Assembly (NCBI GenBank): GCA_963783375.1
Contig: CAWANH010000028.1
Span: 1,728,001 to 1,792,000, forward strand
Source: Candidatus Eiseniibacteriota bacterium
GTDB taxonomy: Bacteria > Eisenbacteria > RBG-16-71-46 > JABDJR01
DNA: 64,000 nucleotides
Reading direction: 5' to 3'
The position numbers and the translations under genes are program-made. Each line of letters opens with the position of its first letter. Within the stretch, counting starts at the first letter, position 1. Below are positions 54,201 through 63,194 of this stretch, piece by piece. The notes under the pieces were generated by a model. That model was given only the letters and a program-made list of their open reading frames with translations. It was not told where the DNA came from and made no database searches.

Positions 54201-54353
54201 GCCCTGGTTTCCGAGACGATGAACGCCGGTCAGCGGACCGCGAGCTGGGACCTGCGTGACGAGTCAGGAAACGCGGTGGCGACCGGGATCTACTTCTATC
54301 GACTGCGGGTCGGGAGTGAGTCCCTGACCCAGCGGATCCTGGTCATGCGGTAA
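51207..54353 (+). CDS. Secreted Cys-rich Ig-repeat protein, paralog B (1048 aa, intact) with post-COAP-1-like distal domain and CTD
   Basis: GGAGG SD; same head and DUF11-like domains as A; 2 modules; MTTGG...NFGGN...EDHGEPG...DYYEI...GGNIQ; YPNP...GIYFYRL. Confidence 0.92.
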   Translation: MSSKLMGLRRAPLFGVGLILAVAIALLGAGPVFANNGINTPPVGGVTADMVRAAAQNIVFDTEGDVFGGGGSCPNPVNYGFDYGDSVYVWLSPAGDLYFAVEIHGNVGDSDQDGGYDTEGSTCGGHPDCVAAEADAFHNIFASGVESITYSIDRDCNNVFDLRFTLTGAGNMKADSVSVTLDSMTGTFGDILGGQGTAWAGAPLQAGPDGVCVVARNSTVVVRIPDWGRYFEDPVTHDPIPGIVSNMFTWRVNSGNNSDSYTEDEVLGVFDTSNPQIDLSKTTSKNQLCGNGDTARFTLTVTNTGNTPLTGVTLSDQLPTGLGYNDSYIDDPTNAIGSPNVVSDLLTWTPFDLEVGGSRVVSYLVVSNGCQGQVSNAAVVQGTFDVDCLDVPVNVGDQDAATVTCVDPGVSVTAPQAQSLCAGSPWTATFVVTNTGDATENLSIACTIGGALQTPVVRNGIAVGDTVHVDVAGTLPATCGSPITVSCEATATLPGVDPQACSDVDSDQTTVSCTAACVTVADAPNDTACAGTTLWIEYVVTNCNGQGGDENMTFSGMFNGSPTTVSPTSASNVADGDTVHVKLLAVLPATDCNPAGHLGTLTANAALANDAGCTDSDSGDGRAFCDVPDVDIVKTTSPTTTDSGSTVTITVTNPGGAALDPVLVSDHLPAGLTFDAGQTLGGTCGATVDHVQTVGDLTWVFFTGFSLDPGASCTISYEVGCGQFDNAARVDTAYVSAWCAGTSQTTDPVTASDTSAVVCEREEICCWMTTGGFENGGFRSGNKDDNFGGNVGPPPSGQWQHVQRSGKKVVFNFHSHDARVRACGNDGTAGPCVPRGHSNWIEFGGPGAYNLGNGPRKYAAYFTARAEDHGEPGRRGNQNGGCGTPDYYEITVWDGATNEVVFTASGLLDGGNIQIRDCKAKKQEDEPPPVTDGSALDGSGNLGSLETGQDLGLATLRLRAYPNPVSQAPTLIQFNVPSHLSGSQVDISVYDITGRKVRALVSETMNAGQRTASWDLRDESGNAVATGIYFYRLRVGSESLTQRILVMR

Positions 54354-54438
54354 GCGACGGGGCCCTTGGGCCCGTCGGCGATCGGCGGGCGATGCCGGCC
54401 CGGGTCCAGCGCCCGGACCGGCGCCGTCTCGACCGAAT

Positions 54439-54474
54439 CGGGGCGCTCCCTCACCGGGGGCGCCCCGAGTTTTC
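54439..54474 (+). terminator. Rho-independent terminator after paralog B
   Basis: CGGGGCGCTCCC-TCACC-GGGGGCGCCCCG followed by AGTTTT. Confidence 0.6.
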
Positions 54475-54676
54475 CTTCCCCCATCGCAACGTCCCCGAAG
54501 TCGGTCCGTGCCCATTCGAACGCATGGGATCTGAAGGGGGCCGAATCGACGGTTCTCCGACGTCGCCGCGGTCTGACGCGCGGAGTTTCCGACGCTGGCT
54601 GGAGACAGTGGAAAATACTCTGACGTTCTGGAGAGTCTATGTCAACGAATGACTACATGTTCTGCGTGCAAGTCTG

Positions 54677-54766
54677 TAATAAGTTGATTTCAATGGCCGT
54701 TATAACGCCCAGTCTACAAAGTAAATCGTAAGAAAGATTGACTTCGTGGATTTGATCTGATAATTT
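54677..54766 (+). promoter_or_regulatory. Paralog C upstream region: IHF site and sigma70 promoter
   Basis: Minus-strand AATCAACTTATTA (54677-54689) is an exact IHF consensus; TTGACT(54738)-N17-TAATTT with TG. Confidence 0.6.
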
Positions 54767-55033
54767 TTGTGGATCACATCGACTCATCTCACCTCGAGGG
54801 GGGGGTCACCTGAGTCCACGGACGGGGTCGCTTCATTCTCTGCAGTCGTGCGCGGACCGCGCTCATCACCGTTCTATGGGTTCTCCACGGATCCTCCCTC
54901 CCGGCTCGCCTCCGGCCCGCACGGCGGAAACGCCTTGGGTTCCGGAGGGTTGTTTTCAACAGGGCGAGCGGCGCTCATTCCGCCTCGGGAATCGCTTCAA
55001 AGTGGTTCGACCATGCGGATGGAGGAATTGAAC

Positions 55034-58000
55034 ATGTCAAGCAAACGAATCGGCGAGGGTAGGGCTTTCCCGCTCCTCGTCGGGCTCACTATTCTGGCTC
55101 TGGGCTGTCTGGCCACCGCCGGCATGGCCCTCGCCAACAACGGGGTGAATTCACCGGCCGTGGGCGGCGTTACCGCCGACATGGTCCGTGCCGCCGCCCA
55201 GCAGCAGGTCTACGACCCGCCGATGGACGTCTTCGGCAACGGTGGAAGCTGTCCGGACCCCGTGAACTACGGGTTCGACTACGGGGACAGCGTCTACGTC
55301 TGGTTGAGCCCGGGCGGGGACATGTACTTCGCGATCGAGACCCATGGCAACATCGGGGATTCCGATCAGGACGGCGGCTACGATACCGAGACCGCGACCT
55401 GCGGCGGCCACCCGACCTGCGTGAGCGCCGAGGCCGACGCCTTCAACAACGTCTTCGCCTCGGGGGTGGAGTCCGTCACCATCTCCGTCGATCGTGACTG
55501 CAGCGGGACCTCGGACCTGCGCTTCACCCTGACCGGCGCCGGCAACATGCGCGCGGACTCGGTCAGCGTGACCCTGGACGCCCTAACCGGGTTCTTCGGC
55601 TCCATCCTGGGCGGCCAGGGGACCGGCTGGGCGGGGGCGCCCCTTCAGGTCGGCCCCGACGCGGTCTGTGTGGTCCAGCGCGCGGGCGTGGTGGTGATCC
55701 GGCTCGCCAACTGGAATCAGTACTTCCAGGACAACACCCCGGCCCACAACTTCCTTCCCGGTATCTCCCCGACCACCTTCGACTGGATCGTGGACTCCGG
55801 AAACAACTCGGACTTCTACACCGAGGACCTCGTGACCGGCCGGTTCGACATCTCGAACCCGCAGGTCGACCTGGTGAAGTCGGTGTCCCGGTCCCAGATC
55901 TGCGCCTCGGGGGACACCACCCGGTTCACCCTCACCGTGACCAACATCGGGAATACGCCGCTCACCGACGTGATCCTGACCGACCAGCTCCCGGCCGGCT
56001 TGGTCTACGACGACTCCTACATCGACGACCCGTCGAACCCGATCGGCGCGCCGAACGTGGTTTCCAACAACCTGACCTGGACGGGCTTCACCTTCGCCCC
56101 CGGGGATTCCCGCACCGTCTCCTACCGCGCGGTGAGCGACGGGTGCCAGGGGCAGGTGGCGAACAACGCCGCGGTGCAGGCCCAGTTCGACATCGACTGT
56201 CTGGGCGGCCCGGTGGCGGTTGCGGACTTCGATTCGGCCGACGTGACCTGCGTGGAGCCGTGCGTGACGGTATCCGCGCCGGACGCCGCAGAGCCTCTGC
56301 GCCGGGTCCCCGTGGAGCGCGACCTTCGTGGTGACCAACTGCGGAACGGTGACCGAGAACCTCTCCATCGCCTGTACGATCGGCGGCGCGCTCAAGACGC
56401 TCCTGGTGGTCCGGAACGGCATCGCCGCGGGGGACACCGTCCACGTGGACGTCTCCGGGATCCTGCCCGGAACCTGCGGCCCGCCGATCGCGGTGAGCTG
56501 TGAGGCCACCGCGACCCTGCCCGGCGTGGCGCCGCAGGGCTGCTCGGACGTGGACAGCGACCAGGCCACGGTGAGCTGCACCGCGGCCTGCGTCACCGTG
56601 GCCGACGCGCCGGCCGACTCCTCCTGCCCGGGAACCGACCTCTGGCTGGAGTACGTGGTGACCAACTGCAACGGCCAGGGCGGCGCCGAGAACATGACCT
56701 TCACCGGCGTGTACAACGGCTCTCCGGCCACGGTGAGCCCCACCTCGGCCTCGAACGTGGCCGACGGGGATACCGTGCACGTGAAGCTCCTGGCGTCCCT
56801 GCCGGTGGACTGCAGTCCCAACGGCTACCTGGGAACCCTGACCGCAAACGCGGCCTTGGCCACCGACGCCGGGTGCACGGACACGGATTCCGGTGACGGC
56901 CGCGCGTTCTGTACGAATCCGAACGTGGACATCGTGAAGAGCACGAGCCCCACCACCACCAGTTCCGGGTCCACGGTCACGCTGGTGGTCACGAACCCGA
57001 GCGGTGTCACCCTCGATCCGGTCCAGGTCAGCGACCACCTGCCCCCGGGGATGCTGTTCGATGACACCCAGACCATCGGCGGCACCTGCCTCGCCTCGGT
57101 GGATCACGTGACGGACCTGGGCGGGATCGTGTGGGTCTACTTCACCGATTTCACCCTGGGCCCCGGCCAGAGCTGCACCATCACCTACGACGTGGACTGC
57201 GGTGAGTTCGACGGCCAGGCCAGGATCGACACCGCCTATGTCGACGCCTGGTGCGACGGCACCTTCGGAATCGCCAACCCGGTGTCCGATTCCGACACCG
57301 CGGTGGTGGTCTGCGAGGGTGGCCAGGCTTGCCCGCGGACCATCGGCTTCTGGCGCCAGCAGTGCGCCCAGAAGGGGAACGGCTCCACCAAGGTCTGCGA
57401 GGCCGGGATGGAGTCCCTGTGGGTGTGCGTGATCAACGCAACCGACGTGGTGCAGTGGAGGCTCAACGACGGCGGTTACGAGACCACCGCGTACCTCCGG
57501 ACCCTGAGCCCGTCGGATCTCTTCGCGCATCTCTGCAGCCAGCTCCAGGGACCGCGGCCCATGACGCTTCAGAACATGGCCGAGATCCAGTACCTGGGGC
57601 TCATGCTGAACTACTGCTCCGAGGCGGTCTCGGGCGGCATTCCGGTCCAGAACTCGTTCACCGGCACGGTGGGCGCGGCGATCGACTCGATCGAGGCCGC
57701 GATCAACAGCGGCGTGAACATCGGCTACTGGAAGACGGTCGCCGACGAGATCAACAACGGGATCGGCGTTCTCGCCCCTGCCTGCGACAACGAGAGCACC
57801 TTCTTCCGGAACCTGCCGGGCTGTGCGCTGGACGCTCCTGGGTCCGGACAGACCGACATCCTGAAGGAAGGGTTCGATCCGAATGCCCTGGTGGCGCGGT
57901 CCTATCCCAACCCGGTCCTGCCGGGGAGCGGAACCGTGATCTACTACCAGATCCCGCCGGACATGGGCCGGACGACGGTGGAACTCAGCCTCTACGACAT

Positions 58001-58175
58001 CGCCGGACGGCTGGTGAAGCGGCTGGTCTCCGAAGGCAGGGATCCCGGCTCCTACACGGTCAACTGGAACCTCACCGATCAGACGGGGAGCCAGGTGCCG
58101 TCGGGGGTGTATTTCTACCGCCTTCGGGCCGGGTCCGAGGTCTTCACCCAGAAGATGCTGGTGGTTCGCCACTAG
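55034..58175 (+). CDS. Secreted Cys-rich Ig-repeat protein, paralog C (~1046 aa; one extra base near 56288)
   Basis: Head, DUF11-like domain and 2 modules as in B; CPRTIGFW domain as in A; CTD. Removing one base restores APDAQSLC (B has APQAQSLC). Confidence 0.9.
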
Positions 58176-58222
58176 GCCGAGTTTCGATCCGTATGGATTG
58201 AAATCATGCGCAACCCGGAATG

Positions 58223-58258
58223 GGGGGTCGGCACCGTGCCGACCCCCTGTTTCTTCTT
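58223..58258 (+). terminator. Rho-independent terminator
   Basis: GGGGGTCGGC-ACCGT-GCCGACCCCC followed by TGTTTCTTCTT. Confidence 0.8.
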
Positions 58259-58636
58259 GCAAACTTTCCCGCCAACCCTGAACTTTACCCGCGTTCAGCG
58301 GGTATCCAAATACGGTCCCTTGCGTCTTTCCGTACAAGGATCACCAACGGCGCAAGCGGCTTCGGTCCGGATTTGAGCCCGAAGCACCCAAGGAGGGCCG
58401 GTGCCAGGGGGCCAGATCTACAGCGGCAAAGAGCCGAACGCTTTCGGCAACTTGCTGCATCATAACAACTTGAAGGTGACGCGGTCTCTTCGTGGGCGCG
58501 ACGGGGGCTGCGTGCTATTTCCCAAAGGGCGAGCGTATCGCACGCCCTTGACTCCAGGTCCAGCCTCGCGGACCGAAAACCTGGTTGCGTGGGTTCCGTC
58601 CCAAGTAATCGATCAAGTCCCTGCGAGGAGATCCAA

Positions 58637-60796
58637 GTGAGAAACGCTCTGTTGGGACGGATCCGTGTATCCGTCGGTTTGGCGGCTCTTGCCGGCCTGA
58701 TCGGGGCGGCCGTCGCGCTCGGCGCCCCCGCCCCCGCCCCCGCCGACGGTAAACTCGATTCCCGACTTCAGGCTCTGCTGGATCACGCCGGCGTCCCGGC
58801 CGCTCCCGGCATGGTGGACCAGGACGGGACCGTGGAGGTGATCGTCCGCGGCGACCTCGACCGCGAGTTCCTGAAGGGGCTGGGCGCCGAGCCTCAGACC
58901 GTCCTCTCCGGTCTCGTAACCGCCCGGGTCCCGGTGGCCGCCCTTCCGGCCCTCGTCGCCTCGAGGCGGGTTTCCCGCATCCAGGCCGGGTCCGGAATGG
59001 AGTATCTCCTCGACAAGAACCAGGTCGAGACCGACGTCGAATCGATGTGGGGAGGAGCACCGCCCCAGTACCCCACCGGCGGCTACACCGGCCAGGGCGT
59101 GGTCATCGGCATCGTGGACACCGGGATCGACCGCAATCACCTCGACTTCAAGAACGCCGACGGCACCACCCGCATCCGCTACATGTGGGACCACACCGGG
59201 GGCCCGGAGCCTCCGCCCGCCGGCTACACCTACGGCCAGGAGTGGACGGCCTCGGAGATCAACGCCGGCCAGTGCATCGAACAGGATGCCGTCGGTCATG
59301 GGACCCACATCGCCGGGGTGGCGACCGGGAACGGCCGGGCCACCGGGAACGGGGTCCCGCAGTTCACCTACGTGGGCATGGCCCCCGAGGCGGACATCAT
59401 CGCGGTCAAGCTGGACTTCCCTTCGGATGTGGAGGTCATCGACGGGGTCTCCTACATCTTCCAGAAGGCCGACCAGCTCGGCGAGGACGCGGTGGTGCTG
59501 CTGGCGGTGGGCAAGCAGTCGGGGCCCCACGACGGCACCGATCCCCTGGATCTGGCCATCGACGCCATGACCGGTCCGGGCCACCTAGTGGTGGCCGCCG
59601 CCGGCAACGAGGGCATGAACAAGATCCACTCCGAGATCGCGATCACTCCCCACCAGACCACGAGCACGACCTTCAACGTCCCGAGCTACGGCTACGCCAG
59701 CAACCCGTTCATCGCGGTGGACGGATGGCTGACTCAGGGCCCGACCATGTCGGTGACCCTTACCACGCCGTCGGGATACAACCTCGGTCCCATCGCCGTC
59801 GGGCAGGTCAACGTCTGGAGCAACGCCGACGGTTCGGTCCGACTCGAGGTTCCTGCGGGGAGCCCCACCCAGTTGCACCTGTCGGTCAGCAATCCGGGGG
59901 CGGGGACCTGGACGGTAAGGGTCAACGCGGGAAATTCCAGCTCCGGCACCATGGACTTCTGGATCTCGGATTACGACCTGGCCGGCTCCAAGCCCGAGAT
60001 GGTCCAGGGGCAGACCTTCGCCAAGTGCGTCGCGTCGCCGGCCACCGCGACCAATGTCGTGGCGGTGGGGGCCTACACCACCAAGAAGTACTGGACCGAC
60101 CAGTACGGCGGGACGAAGTTCTATCTGAGCGCGGTCATGGACCAGATCGCCGACTTCTCGAGCCGGGGCCCCCGGCGGGACGGCGTCCTGAAGCCGGAGA
60201 TCACCGCGTCGGGCTACGGCGTGGCCTCCGCCCGCTCCACCGCCGCCACGATCTACTCGGGTTACATCGTGTTGGACAAGGTGCACTGCATGATGTACGG
60301 CACCAGCATCGCCGCGGCCTCGGTCGCGGGGGCGGCCGCACTCCTGCTCGAGGAGTTCCCGGGACTCGATCCGTCCTCGCTGAAGACCCTCCTCCAGGGG
60401 CGGGCCAACGTGGACCAGTACACCGGCGCGGTCCCCAACCCGACCTGGGGATACGGGAAGCTCTGCTTGACCGCCGCCACCACCGCGGTGGGGGACACCG
60501 GACCGGGGACCGGGCTTCTGACCCGCATGCTGGGCGCGCCCTATCCGAACCCGACCGGGGCCATGACCCGGGTGCCGGTGAACCTCGACGTCGCGGGGGA
60601 CGTGACGGTCTCGGTGTACGACGTGACCGGCCGCACGGTGAGGGTCCTCTATTCCGGCTCCATGGACGCGGGCCCGCATCTCCTGAGCTGGGACGGCACG
60701 AATCAGATGTCCCAGGCCGTTCCTTCGGGGAGCTACTACGTGGTCGCGGTGAATCGGACGGCTCGCGAGAGTCGCGCGGTTCTGATCCTGCGATGA
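58637..60796 (+). CDS. Secreted S8 subtilisin-like protease with inserted beta domain and FlgD-Ig/T9SS-like CTD
   Basis: Signal and pro region; IVDTGID, HGTHIAG, AAGNEG, FSSRGP, GTSIAA, WGYGK; YPNP...SGSYY; SD AGGAG. Confidence 0.93.
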   Translation: MRNALLGRIRVSVGLAALAGLIGAAVALGAPAPAPADGKLDSRLQALLDHAGVPAAPGMVDQDGTVEVIVRGDLDREFLKGLGAEPQTVLSGLVTARVPVAALPALVASRRVSRIQAGSGMEYLLDKNQVETDVESMWGGAPPQYPTGGYTGQGVVIGIVDTGIDRNHLDFKNADGTTRIRYMWDHTGGPEPPPAGYTYGQEWTASEINAGQCIEQDAVGHGTHIAGVATGNGRATGNGVPQFTYVGMAPEADIIAVKLDFPSDVEVIDGVSYIFQKADQLGEDAVVLLAVGKQSGPHDGTDPLDLAIDAMTGPGHLVVAAAGNEGMNKIHSEIAITPHQTTSTTFNVPSYGYASNPFIAVDGWLTQGPTMSVTLTTPSGYNLGPIAVGQVNVWSNADGSVRLEVPAGSPTQLHLSVSNPGAGTWTVRVNAGNSSSGTMDFWISDYDLAGSKPEMVQGQTFAKCVASPATATNVVAVGAYTTKKYWTDQYGGTKFYLSAVMDQIADFSSRGPRRDGVLKPEITASGYGVASARSTAATIYSGYIVLDKVHCMMYGTSIAAASVAGAAALLLEEFPGLDPSSLKTLLQGRANVDQYTGAVPNPTWGYGKLCLTAATTAVGDTGPGTGLLTRMLGAPYPNPTGAMTRVPVNLDVAGDVTVSVYDVTGRTVRVLYSGSMDAGPHLLSWDGTNQMSQAVPSGSYYVVAVNRTARESRAVLILR

Positions 60797-61028
60797 TCTG
60801 ATCCTGCGGGCGGGTCGCGGCACCCGCCCCACCGCCATTCCGATCGTCGGCGGCGGCCCGGCTCTCTCCGGGCCGCCGCTTCATGTTGTCCCGGCGCGTT
60901 CTGCCCCCCAACCGTCGAGCCGTCCAGACCGGTGGTCGGCCCCAAATGTGGAAGCCGTACTCGATTCCTTCCGCAGAGACTGTGTTCTTCTCGATTTCCC
61001 TCCAGGTCCCGGTTCCGGGATTAACCCG

Positions 61029-61095
61029 TAATTTATTGTTAAGAAATGACTTGAGAGACATTGAACGAATCCCATCCGATGGCATCCGGGTTGCA
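61029..61095 (+). promoter_or_regulatory. Sigma54 promoter with upstream IHF-like site
   Basis: TGGCATCCGGGTTGCA at 61080-61095 (GG-N10-GC); minus-strand TAACAATAAATTA at 61029-61041. Confidence 0.75.
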
Positions 61096-61149
61096 ATGCA
61101 GGGGGGCATACAGGTCGTTTCGGGGTCTCGGAAAACGGAGGTGGAGGCC

Positions 61150-61773
61150 ATGTCTCGCAAACAATTGCCGGTCTTGATCGGAGCGGTCCTTTTCTCGGGG
61201 GCCGTTCTCCTCGGTGGGCAGCGGGCCGAGGCGGTCTCGGACACGGGTCTGGGCCGTGGGCTCGGCCATGAGGTGTCCTACTGCGTTCTGGAGCAGGGGC
61301 GGGACGGCCCGTGGATGAGCTCCATGGTGCGGCTCTTCTCCTGCGAGGCGGAGTGGGACGCAGCCATGTCCGATCTCGCCTCCCGGGCGCTCCTGGTCAT
61401 GGCCCCGGTCTCCGCGCCCCGGGACGTCGATTGGAGCCGGCAGGCGGTGATCCTCGTCACCATGGGAGAGCTTTCCGGAGGCGACTACTCCGTTCAGGTC
61501 CGCGACATCATCCGCTCGGGTCCGGAGTGCGTGGTGGACCTCGAATGCAGCGGATCCTCACTCCGCGGCTGGGGCCGGAGCGTCTGCCGTCCCTACCAGG
61601 TGGTCGTGATCGAGAAGCACGGGGTGAAGGAGGCCCGGGGACGGTTCCGCTGGACCGGTGAAGGGATTGCCTCCGCCCGGGCTGCGGTGCAGGGTTGGGG
61701 TCTCACCGGGGACGCGGACGCCGGAAGCGTGCGCCGTCTGAGCTGGGGCGCCCTCAAGGCCGGGGGATACTGA
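61150..61773 (+). CDS. Secreted protein with PrcB C-terminal-like domain and SWGxLK tail
   Basis: GGAGG SD, signal ending AEA; VDWSRQAVILV.MGE..GGDYSVQV..I...PYQVVVIEK; ends RRLSWGALKAGGY. Confidence 0.75.
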   Translation: MSRKQLPVLIGAVLFSGAVLLGGQRAEAVSDTGLGRGLGHEVSYCVLEQGRDGPWMSSMVRLFSCEAEWDAAMSDLASRALLVMAPVSAPRDVDWSRQAVILVTMGELSGGDYSVQVRDIIRSGPECVVDLECSGSSLRGWGRSVCRPYQVVVIEKHGVKEARGRFRWTGEGIASARAAVQGWGLTGDADAGSVRRLSWGALKAGGY

Positions 61774-61931
61774 GCCCGCCGGACCCCCGCCGCCGAATTC
61801 GCTTCAGCCCCCCGCACGGGCGCCGAGAACAGGATAGGGCCGCCGGCCGAGCCGGCGGCCTTTCCGGTTGACTGGCTGTGTAAGTGCAGTTATGTTCAGA
61901 CTTTACCGCTTACGTTCATCGAGGGCCCTGG

Positions 61932-63194
61932 ATGTTCTCCGGACGCCTCCGGGCCGGCTGGGCCGGTCTGGTCATCCTCGCCGTCCTTCTCCCCTTCCGG
62001 GGCGAGGCGAGCCCATCGTCCGCCGGGTCCGAGCCTCCCGCCGCCCGCGCCCTCGTCGCCCACGGGTTCGAGAACGTCGTGATGGATGCGACCCCCCAGG
62101 CGGTCACCGTCTGGTACGAGAACCGGATCTATCGCTACGAGATGGCCGGACTGGGTGAGGCGGCGGCCCTGGCCTCGGCGGATCTCGATTCGGAGCGCAC
62201 CCTGATCATGGTCCCCGAGAACCGGGGGGTACCCATGGTTGCGGTGGCGGCGGCCGCGGGGGACTGGCGGCGTTTCCTGGCCGGCGACGCCGACGCCTCG
62301 TGGTTTCGAGGCCGCATCGAAGTGCTCGCCGACGGAAGGGTTCCCCGCCCCCCCGCCGGAGCCGTCCGCTCCAACCCGCGTTGGTGGCGGACGGACCTGA
62401 GGCTCCGCCCGCTTCTTTCCTTCGAGCTGGGGATCGCGGACGACCCCTTTCAGTACTCGCTCTGGCTCGCTCCCGAGGCGGTCGTGAGCCCCGTCACCGG
62501 CGTGCTGGTCACCGGGCAGGCCCAGGTCCGGCTGCACGAGGACTTCGACGAGTTCGGCCGCGACGTGGTTCCCGGCCGGAACACGGTGAGCTGGGGAGGA
62601 CGGCTCCCGGCGGGATGGCTCGGCGCGGCCAGCGCCGGCCTCTTTCCATCCAACCGCTACGGCGTGGCCGCCCGGACGGGACGGCTCTTTCGCGGGGGGG
62701 CGCTCGAGATGCAGGTGGGGGGGGACCTCTCCGGGTTCCTGAAGTTCTCGCGGCACGTGGTTCTCTATTCCCGCCTCGAAACCTGGTCCGCGTTCGTGGC
62801 CGGAACCTACCGGACCCGCGGCATCGATCTGGAGACCACGGTGACCGGAGCGCGGTTCATGGAGAAACGGCTGGGAGGACGGCTCGACGTGGCCCGGCGG
62901 TTCGGGGAGACGCGGGTGGATTTCTTCGGCATCAAGACCCGGGACGATTCGGTGGTGGGGATGGAATTCGAGATCCCGCTCCCGGTCCGCCGGTGGTCCC
63001 GGCCCCGAACGGTGCGGCTCGCCACCGTGCCCGATTTCCCGCTCGTCTACCGGGAATCCGTGCAGGACGTCGGCCGCCAGGTCTCGATGTTCGACGACAT
63101 CGAGCGCCTGCGGATGGGGCTCTATCCCACCTTCATTCTCAACAACCTCGATGACCTGCGATCCGGACTTCCGCGGGGGGAGGGTGGGGAATGA
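61932..63194 (+). CDS. YjbH-like outer-membrane beta-barrel protein (large part)
   Basis: Signal peptide; L..HGFENV, VWYENR.YR, AGLF..NRYG, G.RF....GGR.DV.RRFG, G..F.IPL. Confidence 0.7.
   Translation: MFSGRLRAGWAGLVILAVLLPFRGEASPSSAGSEPPAARALVAHGFENVVMDATPQAVTVWYENRIYRYEMAGLGEAAALASADLDSERTLIMVPENRGVPMVAVAAAAGDWRRFLAGDADASWFRGRIEVLADGRVPRPPAGAVRSNPRWWRTDLRLRPLLSFELGIADDPFQYSLWLAPEAVVSPVTGVLVTGQAQVRLHEDFDEFGRDVVPGRNTVSWGGRLPAGWLGAASAGLFPSNRYGVAARTGRLFRGGALEMQVGGDLSGFLKFSRHVVLYSRLETWSAFVAGTYRTRGIDLETTVTGARFMEKRLGGRLDVARRFGETRVDFFGIKTRDDSVVGMEFEIPLPVRRWSRPRTVRLATVPDFPLVYRESVQDVGRQVSMFDDIERLRMGLYPTFILNNLDDLRSGLPRGEGGE

Noticed and set aside
37396-58175. Frameshifted genes as pseudogenes or programmed frameshifts
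   Set aside because: The breaks are scattered single-base indels without slippery heptamers, and the flanking protein sequence is undecayed. This is typical of low-coverage long-read error; raw reads are needed to exclude real lesions.
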